Source: Amoebophrya sp. A120
Taxonomy: Eukaryota; Protista; Dinoflagellata
Reading direction: 5' to 3'
Length of the DNA: 64,000 nt
NCBI GenBank assembly: GCA_905178155.1
Contig: CAJINV010000006.1
Location: forward strand, 3,222,437-3,286,436
The translations under genes and the position numbers were made by a program. The notes below the pieces were generated by a model. The model was not told where the DNA came from and made no database searches. It saw only the letters and a list, made by a program, of their open reading frames with translations. Shown piece by piece: positions 37,301 through 50,700 of this stretch (the first letter of the stretch is position 1; each line of letters begins with the position of its first letter).

Positions 37301-39514
37301 TGAATTGCATCAAAATCATCGTACTAGTATGAATTGCATTACAAATTGACTTGAATTTGTAATGCGGATTAGCCTTGAGAAAAAGATTTGTAATGCATAA
37401 ACGCAATTAGTACAAGTGCGATGCTTGTTTTGCATTCCATACAGGAGGAGTTCGAGCAATTCGTCTTCGAGAAGTCGAAGCAGGAGTATGAGACAGCACA
37501 ACTCCCCCGCCTCCCCCTCTTTTGTAATGCAAAATTACTAAACTCACAACTTGCTCGTAAGCACTGTCAAGCATGACAAATTATTTTGGAACCTCAAATA
37601 GTACTACAAACAACTACCCGCAATCATGCAAATTTGTCATGCCAAAGCCTCTTTTCTGCTGTTGCTCGTGTTTCTGTTCATCATGCCATACAAATGAGGG
37701 GGAGTGGAACGAGTTCTTGTGCACTCTCATAAGGAGTGAGCATGGGCGAGTTGTCGCTTCTTCAGTCGTATCCTGTGCAAAGGTATCGTACTCGTATTGC
37801 AATCATGCATTCGCAAATTTTTTTCTTAGGGTAAATCCGCATATACAAATTTTATTTCTCATGCTGAGGAAATTTGTAATGCATTTATACGAGTGCGGTG
37901 CTTTTCGAGTGCATAAGTCGGCGGACCGCCACAGAACGACCCCACCACCCCCGTCCCCGGGACGATAGCGGCCGTTGGTGCTATCAAAAGGACAAATCCC
38001 CCGTCCCCATATCGAAAGCCATTTTGTGTTGCTGTATTTGAGTACACAGATCAAGTTTGTCTTGCATATAAAGGACTGCACGCAGATCGTCCGCCTAAGG
38101 GGGGGCCTCTTGTCGTAGGGACCTAGCATGGCAGACGTCTGCGCTATAGGCCTTGCAGCGTTACAAATCGCCTGCATATCGTGGCGGAGTCTCTGGGGTT
38201 GTCCTCTTGCAAGAGAGGCAGGGTCTGTGGTCACAAATCAGCATCGAAAAAATTTAGAGACATACCTTTTCAGTATGGGGAGGGGGGATTTTTCCGTTTG
38301 ATATGGGCGGGAGGATCTTCCTCCTCCTCCTCGAGCAAATCAAAATCCTGCCCAGTGGTTTACGCGAATTGCAACTCGTTGAAAGAGAGACTTCAATTGA
38401 TCGAGCAAATGCGATTAGAATACGACGACGATACGTGTCCGAAGATTGGACCCGGAACCGAATGCGTCATCTTCATTGACGACGTCCTTGCGTCGGGCGC
38501 AACCTACATGCGAACGCAAGAAGCGCTGATCATCCGGAGGGGATTAAAGCCGGAAAATCTACACGCGGCGGTGCTGGTGAATTTAGCTGTGGAGGAAGGC
38601 ACTGGGTCTGCGAATGGGGAAAATGCAGGGCATGACAAGCCATCTTCTTTCAACCTCGAAGGGAGCTTCAACCACTTGTCTTTGAACGTAGATTCGCCGA
38701 CGCACATTTTGGTGGAGATTCTAAAAAGGCAGACGGAGGGGAAGCCGGTATACTATTTTGACTTTGAGTTTCTTGAGCTCCCAGCGGTCCCGCATTGTTG
38801 TACACTGTTTTAAAAGATGCGACGAGTTTTAGTTTTTGACATGTTGACATATCGAAATATTAAACTCAGGTTTGGAAGATGCTGACATTCCTCCTAAACT
38901 CCCTTCCGGACAAGAACTACTCCATACCGACTGCAAACATGTCTGCGTCTGGAGGAATGCAACTTGTGATGCTGCATTTGGATTCCAAAAAGATCTGTAC
39001 TGCATGAGCAGCAAAGGGAATGTAATTTTTGCTACGCGGAGATGAGGGCATTTGTGTTGCGGAATAGGCATCAAGAAGCCCTCAAAATAAAGTCTGTGAC
39101 GCCAGGGCATGCATCACAGACATCGCGGCTCATGCAAAACGCGCATGACAAGTCTCAGAATCTTCCAGACAACCCAGACACATTTGCAGTTCATACGCCA
39201 AGCTCTGTGCGTATTTGAATAACCGAAATTCGCGCACCTCGACTAAAATCAAACACTGGCTAATCGACGCGACCATTGAATCTGGCTTGCAGAAGGTGTA
39301 TGAAAGCCGGTTTCACCTGCTCCGCGGGACCAATGATGAGGACCAATTTCTCGAAAACGTCAACAACGCGACCGGGGTAGCGGCAGCAGCCGTGGGGGAG
39401 AATTTTGAAATCGGGAAAAACGGCGGAAAGAAAAACCATGTCGGTTTGAAGTCAGGGAGCGGACGATTCGGAATTGGGAACAAACAGCTGAAGCGAACGA
39501 CGACGGTGGGATAA
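31392..39514 (+). CDS. Phosphoribosyltransferase-like protein (resembles PRTase ComF-like/PRTase_3 family) with very long low-complexity insertion; 17 introners; junction near 36078-36227 unresolved
   Basis: PRPP-loop motif VIFIDDVLASGAT (~38467-38505); FSLFKFGD near the N-terminus; KIVIVAVSSATSIPKASQLL; family call is from motif memory, not a search. Confidence 0.6.
31629..31837. mobile_element. Introner, family E
   Basis: TIR tatcg.aagaaaaaactg; TSD agagg. Confidence 0.92.
32211..32489. mobile_element. Introner, family C (young copy)
   Basis: TSD gaaca; near-identical to 28497..28775. Confidence 0.95.
32699..33011. mobile_element. Introner, family D
   Basis: TSD gatca. Confidence 0.92.
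33155..33424. mobile_element. Introner, family A
   Basis: TSD cgctt. Confidence 0.92.
33597..33750. mobile_element. Introner, short unique type
   Basis: TSD gaagt; TIR aaatttcc.gtaca. Confidence 0.88.
33780..33924. mobile_element. Introner, family B (young copy)
   Basis: Long perfect TIR tatcctgtgcaaaagtatcgtactcgtat; TSD cgtgt. Confidence 0.95.
33988..34275. mobile_element. Introner, family C
   Basis: TSD tcgcg. Confidence 0.9.
34356..34662. mobile_element. Introner, family D
   Basis: TSD gaaga. Confidence 0.92.
35120..35338. mobile_element. Introner, family E
   Basis: TSD tgcag. Confidence 0.9.
35676..35886. mobile_element. Introner, family E
   Basis: TSD cctcg. Confidence 0.9.
36368..36636. 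mobile_element. Introner, family A
   Basis: TSD cgacc. Confidence 0.9.
36942..37205. mobile_element. Introner, family A
   Basis: TSD aggtt. Confidence 0.9.
37299..37441. mobile_element. Introner, family B
   Basis: TSD cagga. Confidence 0.88.
37487..37731. mobile_element. Introner, family H
   Basis: TIR tatgag..gcacaactc; TSD aggag. Confidence 0.88.
37769..37915. mobile_element. Introner, family B
   Basis: TSD agtcg. Confidence 0.9.
37982..38303. mobile_element. Introner, family F
   Basis: TSD ggtgc/tgggc. Confidence 0.85.
38925..39195. mobile_element. Introner, family A
   Basis: TSD ctcca/cgcca. Confidence 0.88.
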
Positions 39515-41703
39515 AGCTAAAAACAGGGGATGGAAAAATTATAGACGAAGGAGGTGAAGAGCAAGTTGGTTTTCACGAATTTGTTGATGTACGAGTGGTT
39601 TTCATCTTCGGGCTGGAGGACAGCACACAAATCAGCATGGCGAGGAACAACATTCTACTGGCAGTAGAGATGTGCTGACTGTTCTTGTGATGGTGGTAGG
39701 TCCTTCTCTCGACGGTACTAGTTGTACTTCTACGTGGGTTTTTTGGCTGCAACGGCTACGGCCCGAAACGTGGACGATCACGATGGACGAGCGTGGTACA
39801 ACTGGAGGTTGAAAAATATCTACTTGCTGGGAGATGTTGTTGACGTCCACAACTTACAAGGGATGGCTTAGAAGTGTGGAACCTCCAGCACCGGGCTGCG
39901 TGATCCCGTAGGGCCGAGGGAGGAGGTTCTTTTTCGTGTGGAAGATGATCAGACTAGCAGTCAGACGCCGAGCAGAGGACCACAACAGGAGGTGTTTGTT
40001 TGGGGGTAATATTTTTCAGGTGTCCGGGAGGACGAGGGCGGGCAGAAGTCTTCAAGCTCCTTGCGCGGTGGTGGTCGTGCTGGGTCGTGCTAGAAGTTTG
40101 GCTGAATTTTATGAAAGGAAACTTTTTCAAGAATCATTGAAGAGATGAATTTCTACTTCGCGGCTATCGCTATCTTGTAATAGCAGGGGCTTTATATTAG
40201 CAGGACGAAGTGTACAACTCTTGTTCCGACTATTTGGATAATGTTGTTGTTTCGACGTACGAAGATATATAATTTGGGCTTAGACGATGACAAACTTAAT
40301 ACGACACTACTTGTTGTTCCACGGAAGAGCTGTTGGACGGGAGATGCTATTCCGGTCGACTTGAATGATTTTCAAACGAGTGAGAATTTATTTTCCTTCG
40401 TGTGCTGGAGTAGAGGATAAGATTGGTTGCACGACTTGTTGATATGGGCCTTTTTGTCTTAACGCTCTGAGCTGCTCCGACAGAGACGCAACGCAACGAC
40501 GCAACGCAGCTCTGGTGCTCTCTTCTCATGATGGTCGACGTATTGACAATCTTCCCGGCTAGGAAGGCTACTTACACGACAAGCTGTTTTTTCCCCGACG
40601 CCACTTACTACTTAATCGATACTTCTTCTATGCAGAATGGGTCTAGTATCTTCAATCGGAACCCGAACCTCGCTGAAATTCTTCTTGTTTTCCAAGTGAA
40701 TGATGATGAACTTTTAGTTTTACTAGTACAACCACTAGCGACTTTTTTTCATCCGCTTTAGTACCTGGCCACGTATGTAGATTTCTTTCTTTCTTTATTA
40801 CAACCCTCATGACGATCATGACGAAAACCATACTCTACAAAAGATGTTGAGAAAAGGGCTCGTTCTTGCTGTGTGTCCAAAAGTGATGTTAAAAAGCAGG
40901 CTCTAGTTCTTTTCTTCGACACGACATAAGGTCAGAATTGATCAAGAAACCTTTTTTCTCGCTGCAATATACAATTTTGCCTTGCATAATTCGCCTGAAG
41001 TAGAACAACCACGACTGGAGCAGTTGTATTCGTCCTCGAAGATGATGACCAGGGCTGCAGCGAGCTCGCAGAAACAAGAGATGCCCATCGTAGTTTTCAG
41101 AAGTATTTTAATTCTGAAGGAGCATTAGCAAGTGAGCTTTTACACCGACATTTTAGAGGTGACTGACGTCGCACCTCCAGATGTTCTCGTAGGCATGGTT
41201 GGCGTGGCACAACTATCACGACCACCGTGCTCCTCTTTCGTGTTTACAACGCAATTAAGCCACAACCACCGAGTTCAAAGGGAAGATACAAAAGTGGTGC
41301 GAACAAACAGCTTCATGATGAAAAGATCTAGTACTCGTAGTGGCCGCCAACGAGGAGCACACAAACCTGTCCAGATTTGATGAAGTAAGTAGCTTTATTT
41401 TAGTTTTTGTGATTAAAAGTGATAGTTCGTTGCACAAGAGAGCAGTGGTCCACCTCCTCCTTTCACATTTTCGCAGCGACAAACCAAAAGTGGAACAGTT
41501 TTACTAGAAATACTTCGTCCGAAAGTCAAAGTTAAAGCACAAACCGCAAAAGGCAGGAGCAAAAACGCGCTCGATATTCCCTACATTCACGTCGTCGATC
41601 ATTATGTCAATACTTTGTGACAATTTACAAAACACCTCTGATGTTATCTCGTGCGCTATAACAACTTCTTTTCGCAATTGTCTACTTCTTTGTCAACCAT
41701 TCT

Positions 41704-44700
41704 ATGATGAACCACCAGCCAGAAACTCCGACTAGAAATCAACAAAATCAGCGACCTCAGAAAGAAGAAGCGTTTGTTGATCTTCTTCAAACGAGAAGTA
41801 CAACAACAATAAACTACGGCGGTATCGATTTCAACCGTGAAGCACACGACCAGCGACCAGCTGTTTTTCACGACACTGACACTCGCATTCTTGGGCAGGT
41901 TGCTGAACCAAGAAGTAGATTTGAGCCTCTTTTTACTCCCTCGCCACCAAGAGGAAGAGAGAAGTCGGGGGATCACGATCCGCTCTTCACTACCTCTCCA
42001 CGTGTAGTAGAGTCATCGGAGGACGAACTCGAGTTACTAGCTGCACCCTCTTCCGAGCAGGGCGACCACCCAGAGCAAGTAGGGGACAACTACAAGAATC
42101 TGGATGTTGACGCAGGCACGGCCGAGCACGAGCTCCTTCCATTGGCTGCTCACCAGGACGGCGGCGGACAGGAGGACGATGTCGGATATTTTTCCGGAGA
42201 AGATGTTGAGTTGTTAAACCTCCATCCCGGTTGTTGTACAACAAGAACAAACAAGAGAAGCAACCTCGACAACCCAATCTCCCCGCCGGAGAAAAAGCGC
42301 ACGACTAGCAAGGAAGCCGACATCCCTTCAACCAACCTCCCGCAGCTTGACGTTGATATCAAATGCAAATATGTCTGGGTCTCGAAGGTGCAGGTGGCAA
42401 CTTGTCATGGTTAATCTGAAGCATGCAAAAATCTGTGTTGCATGAGTGCCAAAAGCTGTCCACTTTTGACCAAGATGGCCGGGAGTTTCTCATGCAGGAT
42501 AGGCATGGCAGAGACCTCGCAGAGTCTGTCATGCTGAGTCCCGCACTCCAGACCTCATGGGTCATGGAAAATCTGCATGACAAGCTTACACTTTTTCGAG
42601 ACCCAGATGACATTTTTTCACTTGATAGTTGAGGGTCATCCGCAATTCCCGGCGACTAGTCCGAGTTGTTTTCGTTTGGATCCGGCGAGAGCGGCGGAAT
42701 TAGGAGTGGAACAAAGAGAAGGAGTTGTTGGAGTAGCCGGGGATAGAAGAAGTTCTAGTTTTCTTGACGAACAGTCTTTAGCTTCACCTTCAGGTCCTCT
42801 TTCAGAGTCAGCATCCGCCGCGGGGGCGTCAGCGGCAGAACTAGAGGACGAGGAGTCAACATTTGCTGTTGGTCCACAAAACGAGTTACTACAGTTCCCG
42901 GTAGGGAACTCCAGTCCACCACAGGAATCAGGGGAATTTTCCCCTTTGTTTTCCGACGAAGAAGAACAAGAAGCTTCGCCTTCACCTTTAAATTCCTCCC
43001 CAGGTGGGGTAGAAGACGAGCAGTCCTCCCCTGAGGCAAAATCTCCCCCACCAAAACGGCGACGACTTGTCCTAGGGTCTGCGTCAGACGACGAGGAAGG
43101 CCAAGACCAGGAGGAACAAAGTAACGACTGGTGTGCTGCTTCCCAGTACATTCCACCTAGTAACTTTTTTGCTTCAAGAACAACATTATCCCGGCAGCAC
43201 GAACAGCGGCAGCAGCAGTTGTGCAGCTCCACCCGGCGCTCCCCCACTGTAGAAGACGTTTTTTCTGCGCTTGACGGGCGGGGAAGCAAGAGCAACAGCA
43301 AGACCGTTCTTGCAGCTCCTCCGGCTGGACTAGTACAAAAAGAGCCCGAAGCTTTAGATCATACCAACCGCAGTTTCCGTTTCCCGAAGCCTGAGCCGAG
43401 TGAGGAGCCTTCTCAACAAGGCGAAGGCGGCGCTGGACAACCGCGCGAAATAGTCAACGAGCATACAGGACTCCACCCTGTTGAGCAACAACCTGGGGAG
43501 ACCGAGGAGGAACACAAGGCGCGGCTGATAAGACTTTGCGAGGAAGATATGCACTGCAAAAGCATCGTACTAGTAGTAAATTGCATTACAGCATGAGAAA
43601 TAAAATTTGTCATGCGGATTTACCTTCAGAGAAAGATTTGTAATGCATGACTGCAATATTACGAGTGCGATACTTTTGCACAGGATAGAAGAGGAGGCGG
43701 AGCAGGAGAAGCATTTCCTGAGCAAAGCTGTAATCCACTGCTGGGACGGGCAGTTTGAGGGAAAAGATCAGTTTGGAAGGTTTCCGGTTGAAGACGACGA
43801 CGAGGAGGAGAGCCAGAGCGAGAGAGACGCAGCTGATCAAGAAGTAGGTGGATCTACTTCAGTCGAAGAGGAAGAAGTCGCTGACTCTTCTGCGGAGCCA
43901 GGAGTACTACATCATCATCATCAACAAGAACCTCAGCGTCGATCTCCCACTGTAGACGACGTTTTCCAGGCGCTTGATAACTTTCCGGTTGGAGAAGTTG
44001 GACCAGAGGAGCAGAAGTATCAACAACAGCGTGAATACGAAGATTACGTCGAAGGAGGAGCTAGCAGTGCGGAGGAAGCTGCGCACGATAGTTCGTTTGT
44101 AGAAGAAGAGCGATTTTTTCAGCAAGACGCCGGCGCCGCTTACGTCGACACCAGCGGGCTTTTACAGCTACAGGAAAGCGACCAGGAGAGTCGTGCAAGT
44201 AGTGAAGAGGAGGAACAAAGCAGCTTCGTCGGAGAAGTTCAAGTTGAACCAGCAGTAGGACGGGAAGAATCTTCACTAAAAGAACTTCCGCTCGAAGAAG
44301 TAGAGCCAGCCTCGGAAGAAGCTGCACCAGAAGCCGCACCAGAAAGAGCAGAACAGTACAACCACTTCTACGCCGAGAGCGAAGACAGTTGTTTTTTCAC
44401 AGACGACGAGATATCCCCTGCAAAAGTATCGCACTCGTAGTCTAGTGGTAATTATCGCAATTATGCCTGACATCAAATCTCTTTCTCAAAGTGAATCAGC
44501 ATGACAAAAACTTGCACCCGTCATGCTGACCAAATTTGTTTACGCGATCATTTATGCATGCTACTAAAACTAGTGCGATCCAGCTTTCGCAAAGTCCATA
44601 CGAGACAGACACACTAGGCGGGGAAAGCAGCGACCTAGAGGAGCTAGACGAGCAGAGTTACAAGTTACTCGAGGAACACGAACAGGAGAAGGCTTACCGT

Positions 44701-47700
44701 GAAGAACAGAAGCAGGCTGAAGTCTTAAAACAGGAGCAGGTCCGCGTCAGAAACCCACAGCTTATCGTTCAGGAGAACGAAGAACACGACCAAAATCAAC
44801 TCACACAGGAAGAACGCGACCTGTACTACTATCCGCATCAGATCCCGCCGAAACTCTACACAGGACGCAAAGTTCCGCGGTATCTGCTCACTGGTGCAAC
44901 TGCACCCAGTACTACAACTAGAGCTGCTGTTCCCACTTCTCCACGTCGCGGTTCGACGCAGCGTCGTGTAGTTGCTCAACAGCAGTTTTCATCTTCGGAC
45001 GAAGAGGACAATTTTGCCGACGGTGAGGATTCCCCCAGTTCCTACAACGGGGATCAATCGAATTTATGAATGTGCACAACTCCCCCTCCCCCTCATATGT
45101 ATTGCATGAACAGCAATGCAAGCGTCAGGGGTAATCCCCTTTTTGCAAGACAAATTTGAATCACAGGAGTGTGGTGCTATTTGGGCTGCCAGAACTTGTC
45201 ATGCAAACAGTGTCAAGATGAGCCAAGGCGTAAAAAACTAGGCACTTTGCATTACAAATGAGGGGGACGGGGAGTTGTGCACCCTCATAGAATTCCTCTT
45301 GCTTTCACCAGAACCACCCAAGGCACGGAGGCTATTTTGGGCCAGGATCATTTTTCGTCGAGAGTAGCGAACGACCGCTGCTCGTAGGGAAAAGAAAGAA
45401 CCGCAGCTCGGAGGACAACTCATTCGAAGAAGACTCGCAGTATTCCTCGCAACAAGAGAAAGGGCGAGGACCTGCTATCGTTACCAGTGAGGACGCTGAT
45501 AGTGAACAGGAGCCGTTAATCCACCGTGCCGACCGGGTATACGACGACAACAGTGAGGACGCGCTGAGCGACGAATTTATCACCATCTACAAAAAGCCAC
45601 CCCCACCCATCGAGGAGAAGGACATTATCAAGAGCAAGGGCCACTACTTGCGGTATTTGAAAGCCATTAAGCAGAAGAAGCAAGCCCGGAAGCAGCAGAG
45701 AAAGGTCTTGAAGTATCAAATGTAAAAATGTCTGGGTCTGGAATGTTGCAGGGTTTGTCATGGAGATTTTGCATAACCCAGGATGTCTGTAATGCACGAC
45801 CTAGCATCACAGATTTTTAGACGGCTTCCTGATGCCTATTCCGCATAACAAATGCCCTCCCCGCGTAGCACAAACTAGACTCCTCTTGCTGGTCATGCAA
45901 TACAGATTTGTTTAGAGTTCAAAGTTAGCATCACAAGTTCCAACCTTCCAGACCCAGACATTTTTACATTTGATATGAAGGAATCTGGGGCGATCGAGAA
46001 GGACCGGCAGCACGTGGAAGACCTATGCATTGCAAATGTGTCTGGGTCTGGAAGAGTACAAGTTATCATGCTAAATCTGAATCATGCGAAAATCTGTGTT
46101 GCATGATTACCATATAAAGCTGTCCACTTTCCTCGAGCAAGCCGCAAGGCAGTTTCTCATGCAGACAAGGCATGGCACAGATCATCTCACAGAACCTGTG
46201 ATGCCAGGGCATGCATCACAAACCTCATGTGTCATTGCAAACCGTGCATGACAAACGTAATGCACAACTTTTCCAGACCCAAATCGATGTTTGCACTTGA
46301 TAGGACCGACACCAGTACAAGTTAGAAAATTTCGTCCGGGGGTATTTCGACTGGCTGCGAAATATCGACTCGAGTGAGGAAGTAGGCACGGTAAAAGCAT
46401 CTTCGCGCTCGGAGTAATCGTAATTGCATTGTTTTACATGACAAAAGTACTTTCTCTACCTGAATCCGCATGAGAAATTTTATTTTTTCTTCAAAAAAAA
46501 TTGTGATGCCATTTCTACTAAGTGCGACTCTTTTGCCATGCATACCGCGAGGGCTACAAAGAAGAGCAGGAAGAGGAAGTCGGGGCTGTCGTTTCCGCCT
46601 ACGAAACTAGCGAGGAAGACGAGCGCGTCACCCGGCAGAAGGAAAAGGAGTTAGCGGCAAATCCGTTGTTGATCATATCAAATGCAAAAATGTCTGGGTC
46701 TGGAAGAGTGCATGTTTGTCATGCTTGTCTAGCATGACTCTCAAATCTGTCATGCACGTTACCCAAGAGCGCCATTTTTCTGTCATGCAGAAACGCAGTT
46801 TGTCATGCAGAAACTGAGGCAACACCTAGAAGCTCAGAAACTTGTCATGCTGAGCCAGCACTTGTGGCCTCCTCACGATACGCCACCCAGCATCACAAGT
46901 TTCCAGACCCAGACAGTTTTACATTTGATAAATCACCTACGAGGACACTTTGAGTGACAAACCTGTCCCACTAGCGGATTTGTACACCATCGACACAAGG
47001 CCTTTGCGGAGGTGGATTGAAGATCTCCACGAAGACGACTTGTGGGACCACGACATCGATCCGTTGGAGTTGCTGAAGGTCCGGAGACGCCGAGACTACG
47101 ACTTGCAGCTGCGGTTAGCCTTCGTGCAGGCGGAGACTTTTGCGATTTTAGATTTGGAAAACGACCCAAGTGACCGGATTGAACTCGCGATCTTACTCAT
47201 GGCGGGCCAAGTCGTTCCCCTCAACGAGGGGTGGAGCCGGATCCACAAGGAGGGGGTGTTGGTACTGGAAGAATTTCTGCAGGAGGGCACGATCAGACCC
47301 TCGGTGCAGCAGCAGGAGGGAAAGCCAAAGCGGATTTTCAGCAATGCGGACTACACGGAATTGTACACCTTGGTGTACAACATGTGTACGCAGCGGACAC
47401 CGAATAACTGGTAATATACCTAAACCTATGTCTTCTAGGATTTTTGATTTGAATAAGTAGTGCCTTTTTGTTGCGTTTTATCATGACATGAAGTAGTACA
47501 ACTTAGGCCATACATGCTATACTACAAATCTACACTTATCGTCAAAAATTATCAGGCAGCAGCAGTTGTATCAGAAGTACGGTGAGACCATGAATCAGTA
47601 CATCAGCAAGAGTATCAATTTGCAAACATGTTGTCTGGAAGATTGCGAGATTTGTCATGCTATTCTGGCATCATGATCATGCGCATGACCGTGAGCTCTG

Positions 47701-50700
47701 TAATATTGCGTGTCGTCCACTAAGAGGTCCTTTTGTCTGTCCTGCAAAGACGCAGTTTCTCATGCAGAACACGCAAGAAAACTGGGCGGCGGCGAACAAA
47801 TCTGTCATGCTTGGCGGTGCATTACAGTGTGCTTGCTCTTTACTGAATTGCATATATACACCTTTCCAAACCTCCCTCTTCCAGACAGACTTGCTGTGCA
47901 TAAAGAGGGTCATAAACGGCTTGGAAAAGCGAGTAGGGAAAGATTTGCTGCAGGCGCTATTGAAAGCATGGTCCAATCACCAATTGTACGTGAAGTGGAT
48001 GACGCGGTTCTTCACCTATCTAGACAGGTATACTATAGGAGAAAGAAATAAACATAAACTTCTAAGCTTGATGTTGATGTTTGTCATGCAAAACTAAAAG
48101 TAAACACTTCATCTGACATGCAAAAACCGCAACTTATCTATGAGTGCATTTTATCAATGACTCAGGTACTACGTGAAGCTGCAAGCAGTCCCTTCGCTTA
48201 CCGCCCGGGGTTACGCTATCTTTAACCAGTCCATCTTTCAAGCCGTATCGGGGGATACCCGGGAAGCGCTTTTGCAGGCGATTCGGTCCGACAGGGACGG
48301 GGAAGCAAACTTTTCCGACGGGGACATCGTGAAGGGGGTGGTTTCGATTTTCATCGAATTAGGGGCCTGTGTGGCCAGTGGACGAGATGCGGAGGTATAT
48401 AGTTTTTAGAGCATAGTACAACGACAACTATATAAATCAAGTTTGATATTTCACGAAGCCAAAGAACTTCAGTTCGCAGATTTGGTGTGGAAGTAGAACA
48501 CAAACTCCATCCTTGATGCCTGATTTTCCAACACAAATTATCTACGAACCTCATTAATATCAGCTCGTCGCCGGCGCTACGGGCACGATGCAGGGAACCT
48601 TCCCCTCGAACCACCCACAGCACGGATTGCAGATCTACGTGCAGGAATTTGAAAGCCACTTCCTGCCCGACAGCAAGGATTACTATGCGCGGCAAGCCGC
48701 CGGCTGGCTGGAAACCAATTCGTTTTCGGAGTACTTGCTCCAGGCGGACCAGTGCCTGTTGAAAGAAGCGGAGCGGGTATGCGAGGAAAAAACTGTTTCG
48801 CTGTAAACTTGTAATGCAGGAAATGTATCCCACATGTGTTTGTCTTGCTACACAGCCATGCAACACAGTGGATTTTTAGCTGTACTTTCCCTTAGGACCC
48901 TTGCATGGCAAATTTTCTCTGTCATGTAGAACATCAAACCTGTGATGCAAAACTTGCAAAATCCTTACCGTGAAACACTTTTTTCGTACGATAACGGGTG
49001 AAGATGTACCTGCACAGAACCACGGACCAGAAGCTGAAGCTGGTATAGTTTAAAAAAGATGCTTAGTGCTCTGAGCATTACAAATTACCTCAGCATGACA
49101 AATGGAATTTGTCATGCTGTTTTACCTTGGGATGGAGATTTGTAATGCATAAATGCAATCGCTACTTGTCCTACCCTATCAGGTCCTCCTCGAAGCGCTG
49201 CTGAACGAAGACACGCGGAAGATCCTTATGGATTGCAAAACTGTCTGGGTCTGGAAGATTGCAATTTGTCATGCTAAATCTGAATCATGCTAAGAAGCTG
49301 TCTTGCGTGATTACCGACAGCCGTTCTTTTTTACCAAGTTGAGAGGCAATTTATTTCTCATGCAGGATAGGCATGATAGAGATCTCACAGAGTTTGTCAT
49401 GCTAGGTGCTGCATTCTAAACCTTATGAGCCGTAGAAAACCTGCATGACAAACCTTGCATCCTTCCAGACCCAGACATATTTGCATTTGATAATCCTGTT
49501 AGACAAGCAAAACTCGATGGAATTCCTGCTCGAAAATGACAAACGGGAAGACTTGTCTCGCGCGCACAAACTTTTCGGCTATGTGGAGGGGGGCTTGCAA
49601 CCGTTAGCGGCCATCTTCAAGACACACATCATCTCCAAGGGGAATGCCATTGTCGATGACAGGTATTTTTATAGAAATAGACTGTGATGTGGATATTATT
49701 TGCATGACAAAAAGAAAAATAAAGCGACACTGTCGATGAAGTTAGTAAGGGCGTGCTGTAGTTTTTGTTTGGTTGCATAGCATGAGAAGCATGTACATAC
49801 CTTTTTCTCTTTCATTTTCTGCATTTTTACGAATTGCCACTTTTGTACTTCCTGGCCGGCACGATGCTCAGGTTAAAGGCCGTCGAGGAGGATCCGAATT
49901 TGAAGAAGTCCGACGGTCTCAACGACCCGCAATTCATCCAGAAAATGCTGGACCTGCACGACCATTACCGAGCGGTGGTTGTCGCGAGTTTCTCCTCCGA
50001 TTCGCTCTTCCAAAAGTCCTATCAAATGCAAATATGTCTTGGTCTGGAAGAATGCAAGGTTTGTCATGCTTGTCTGGCATGACTGAGGACCTTGTGATGC
50101 GTGTCCAAGACGAGAGCCTTTTGCCTGTCATGCAAAAACGCAGTTTGTCATGGGGAGAGCGCAACACTAAGTAGCGCAGATATTTCTCATGCAGCTTGGC
50201 TGTGCATTACAGAGCATTCACTATTCTCAACCGAGCATTACAAGTTTCCAGACCCAGACATTTTTGCATTTGATAAGTCCCTGAAGGAAGCTTTCGAGCA
50301 GTTCCTGAACCGGGATTTAGGGAAGCACAGCTGCGCAGCGTTAATGTCCCACTTCTGCAACCGGATTTTGAAGAAGGGTATCAAACGCAAATATGTCTGG
50401 GTCTGGAACAAAGCAACTTGTCATGCTAAATCTGAATCATGTAAAAATCTGTGTTGCATGATTACAAAAAGCTTTTCACTTTTGGCCTAATCGAGAGGCA
50501 GTTTCTCGTGCAGGATAGGCATGATAGAACTCTCACAGATGAATCTGTCATGCTATGTCCTACATACCAGACCTCGTGGGTCATTGGAGAACCTGCATCA
50601 CAAATCTGGCATTCTTCCAGACCCAGACATATTTGCATTTGAAGAAGGGCGGCACGCCGGAGCGGCTTTCGGATGAGGAGGTGAACATCATGATTGACAA

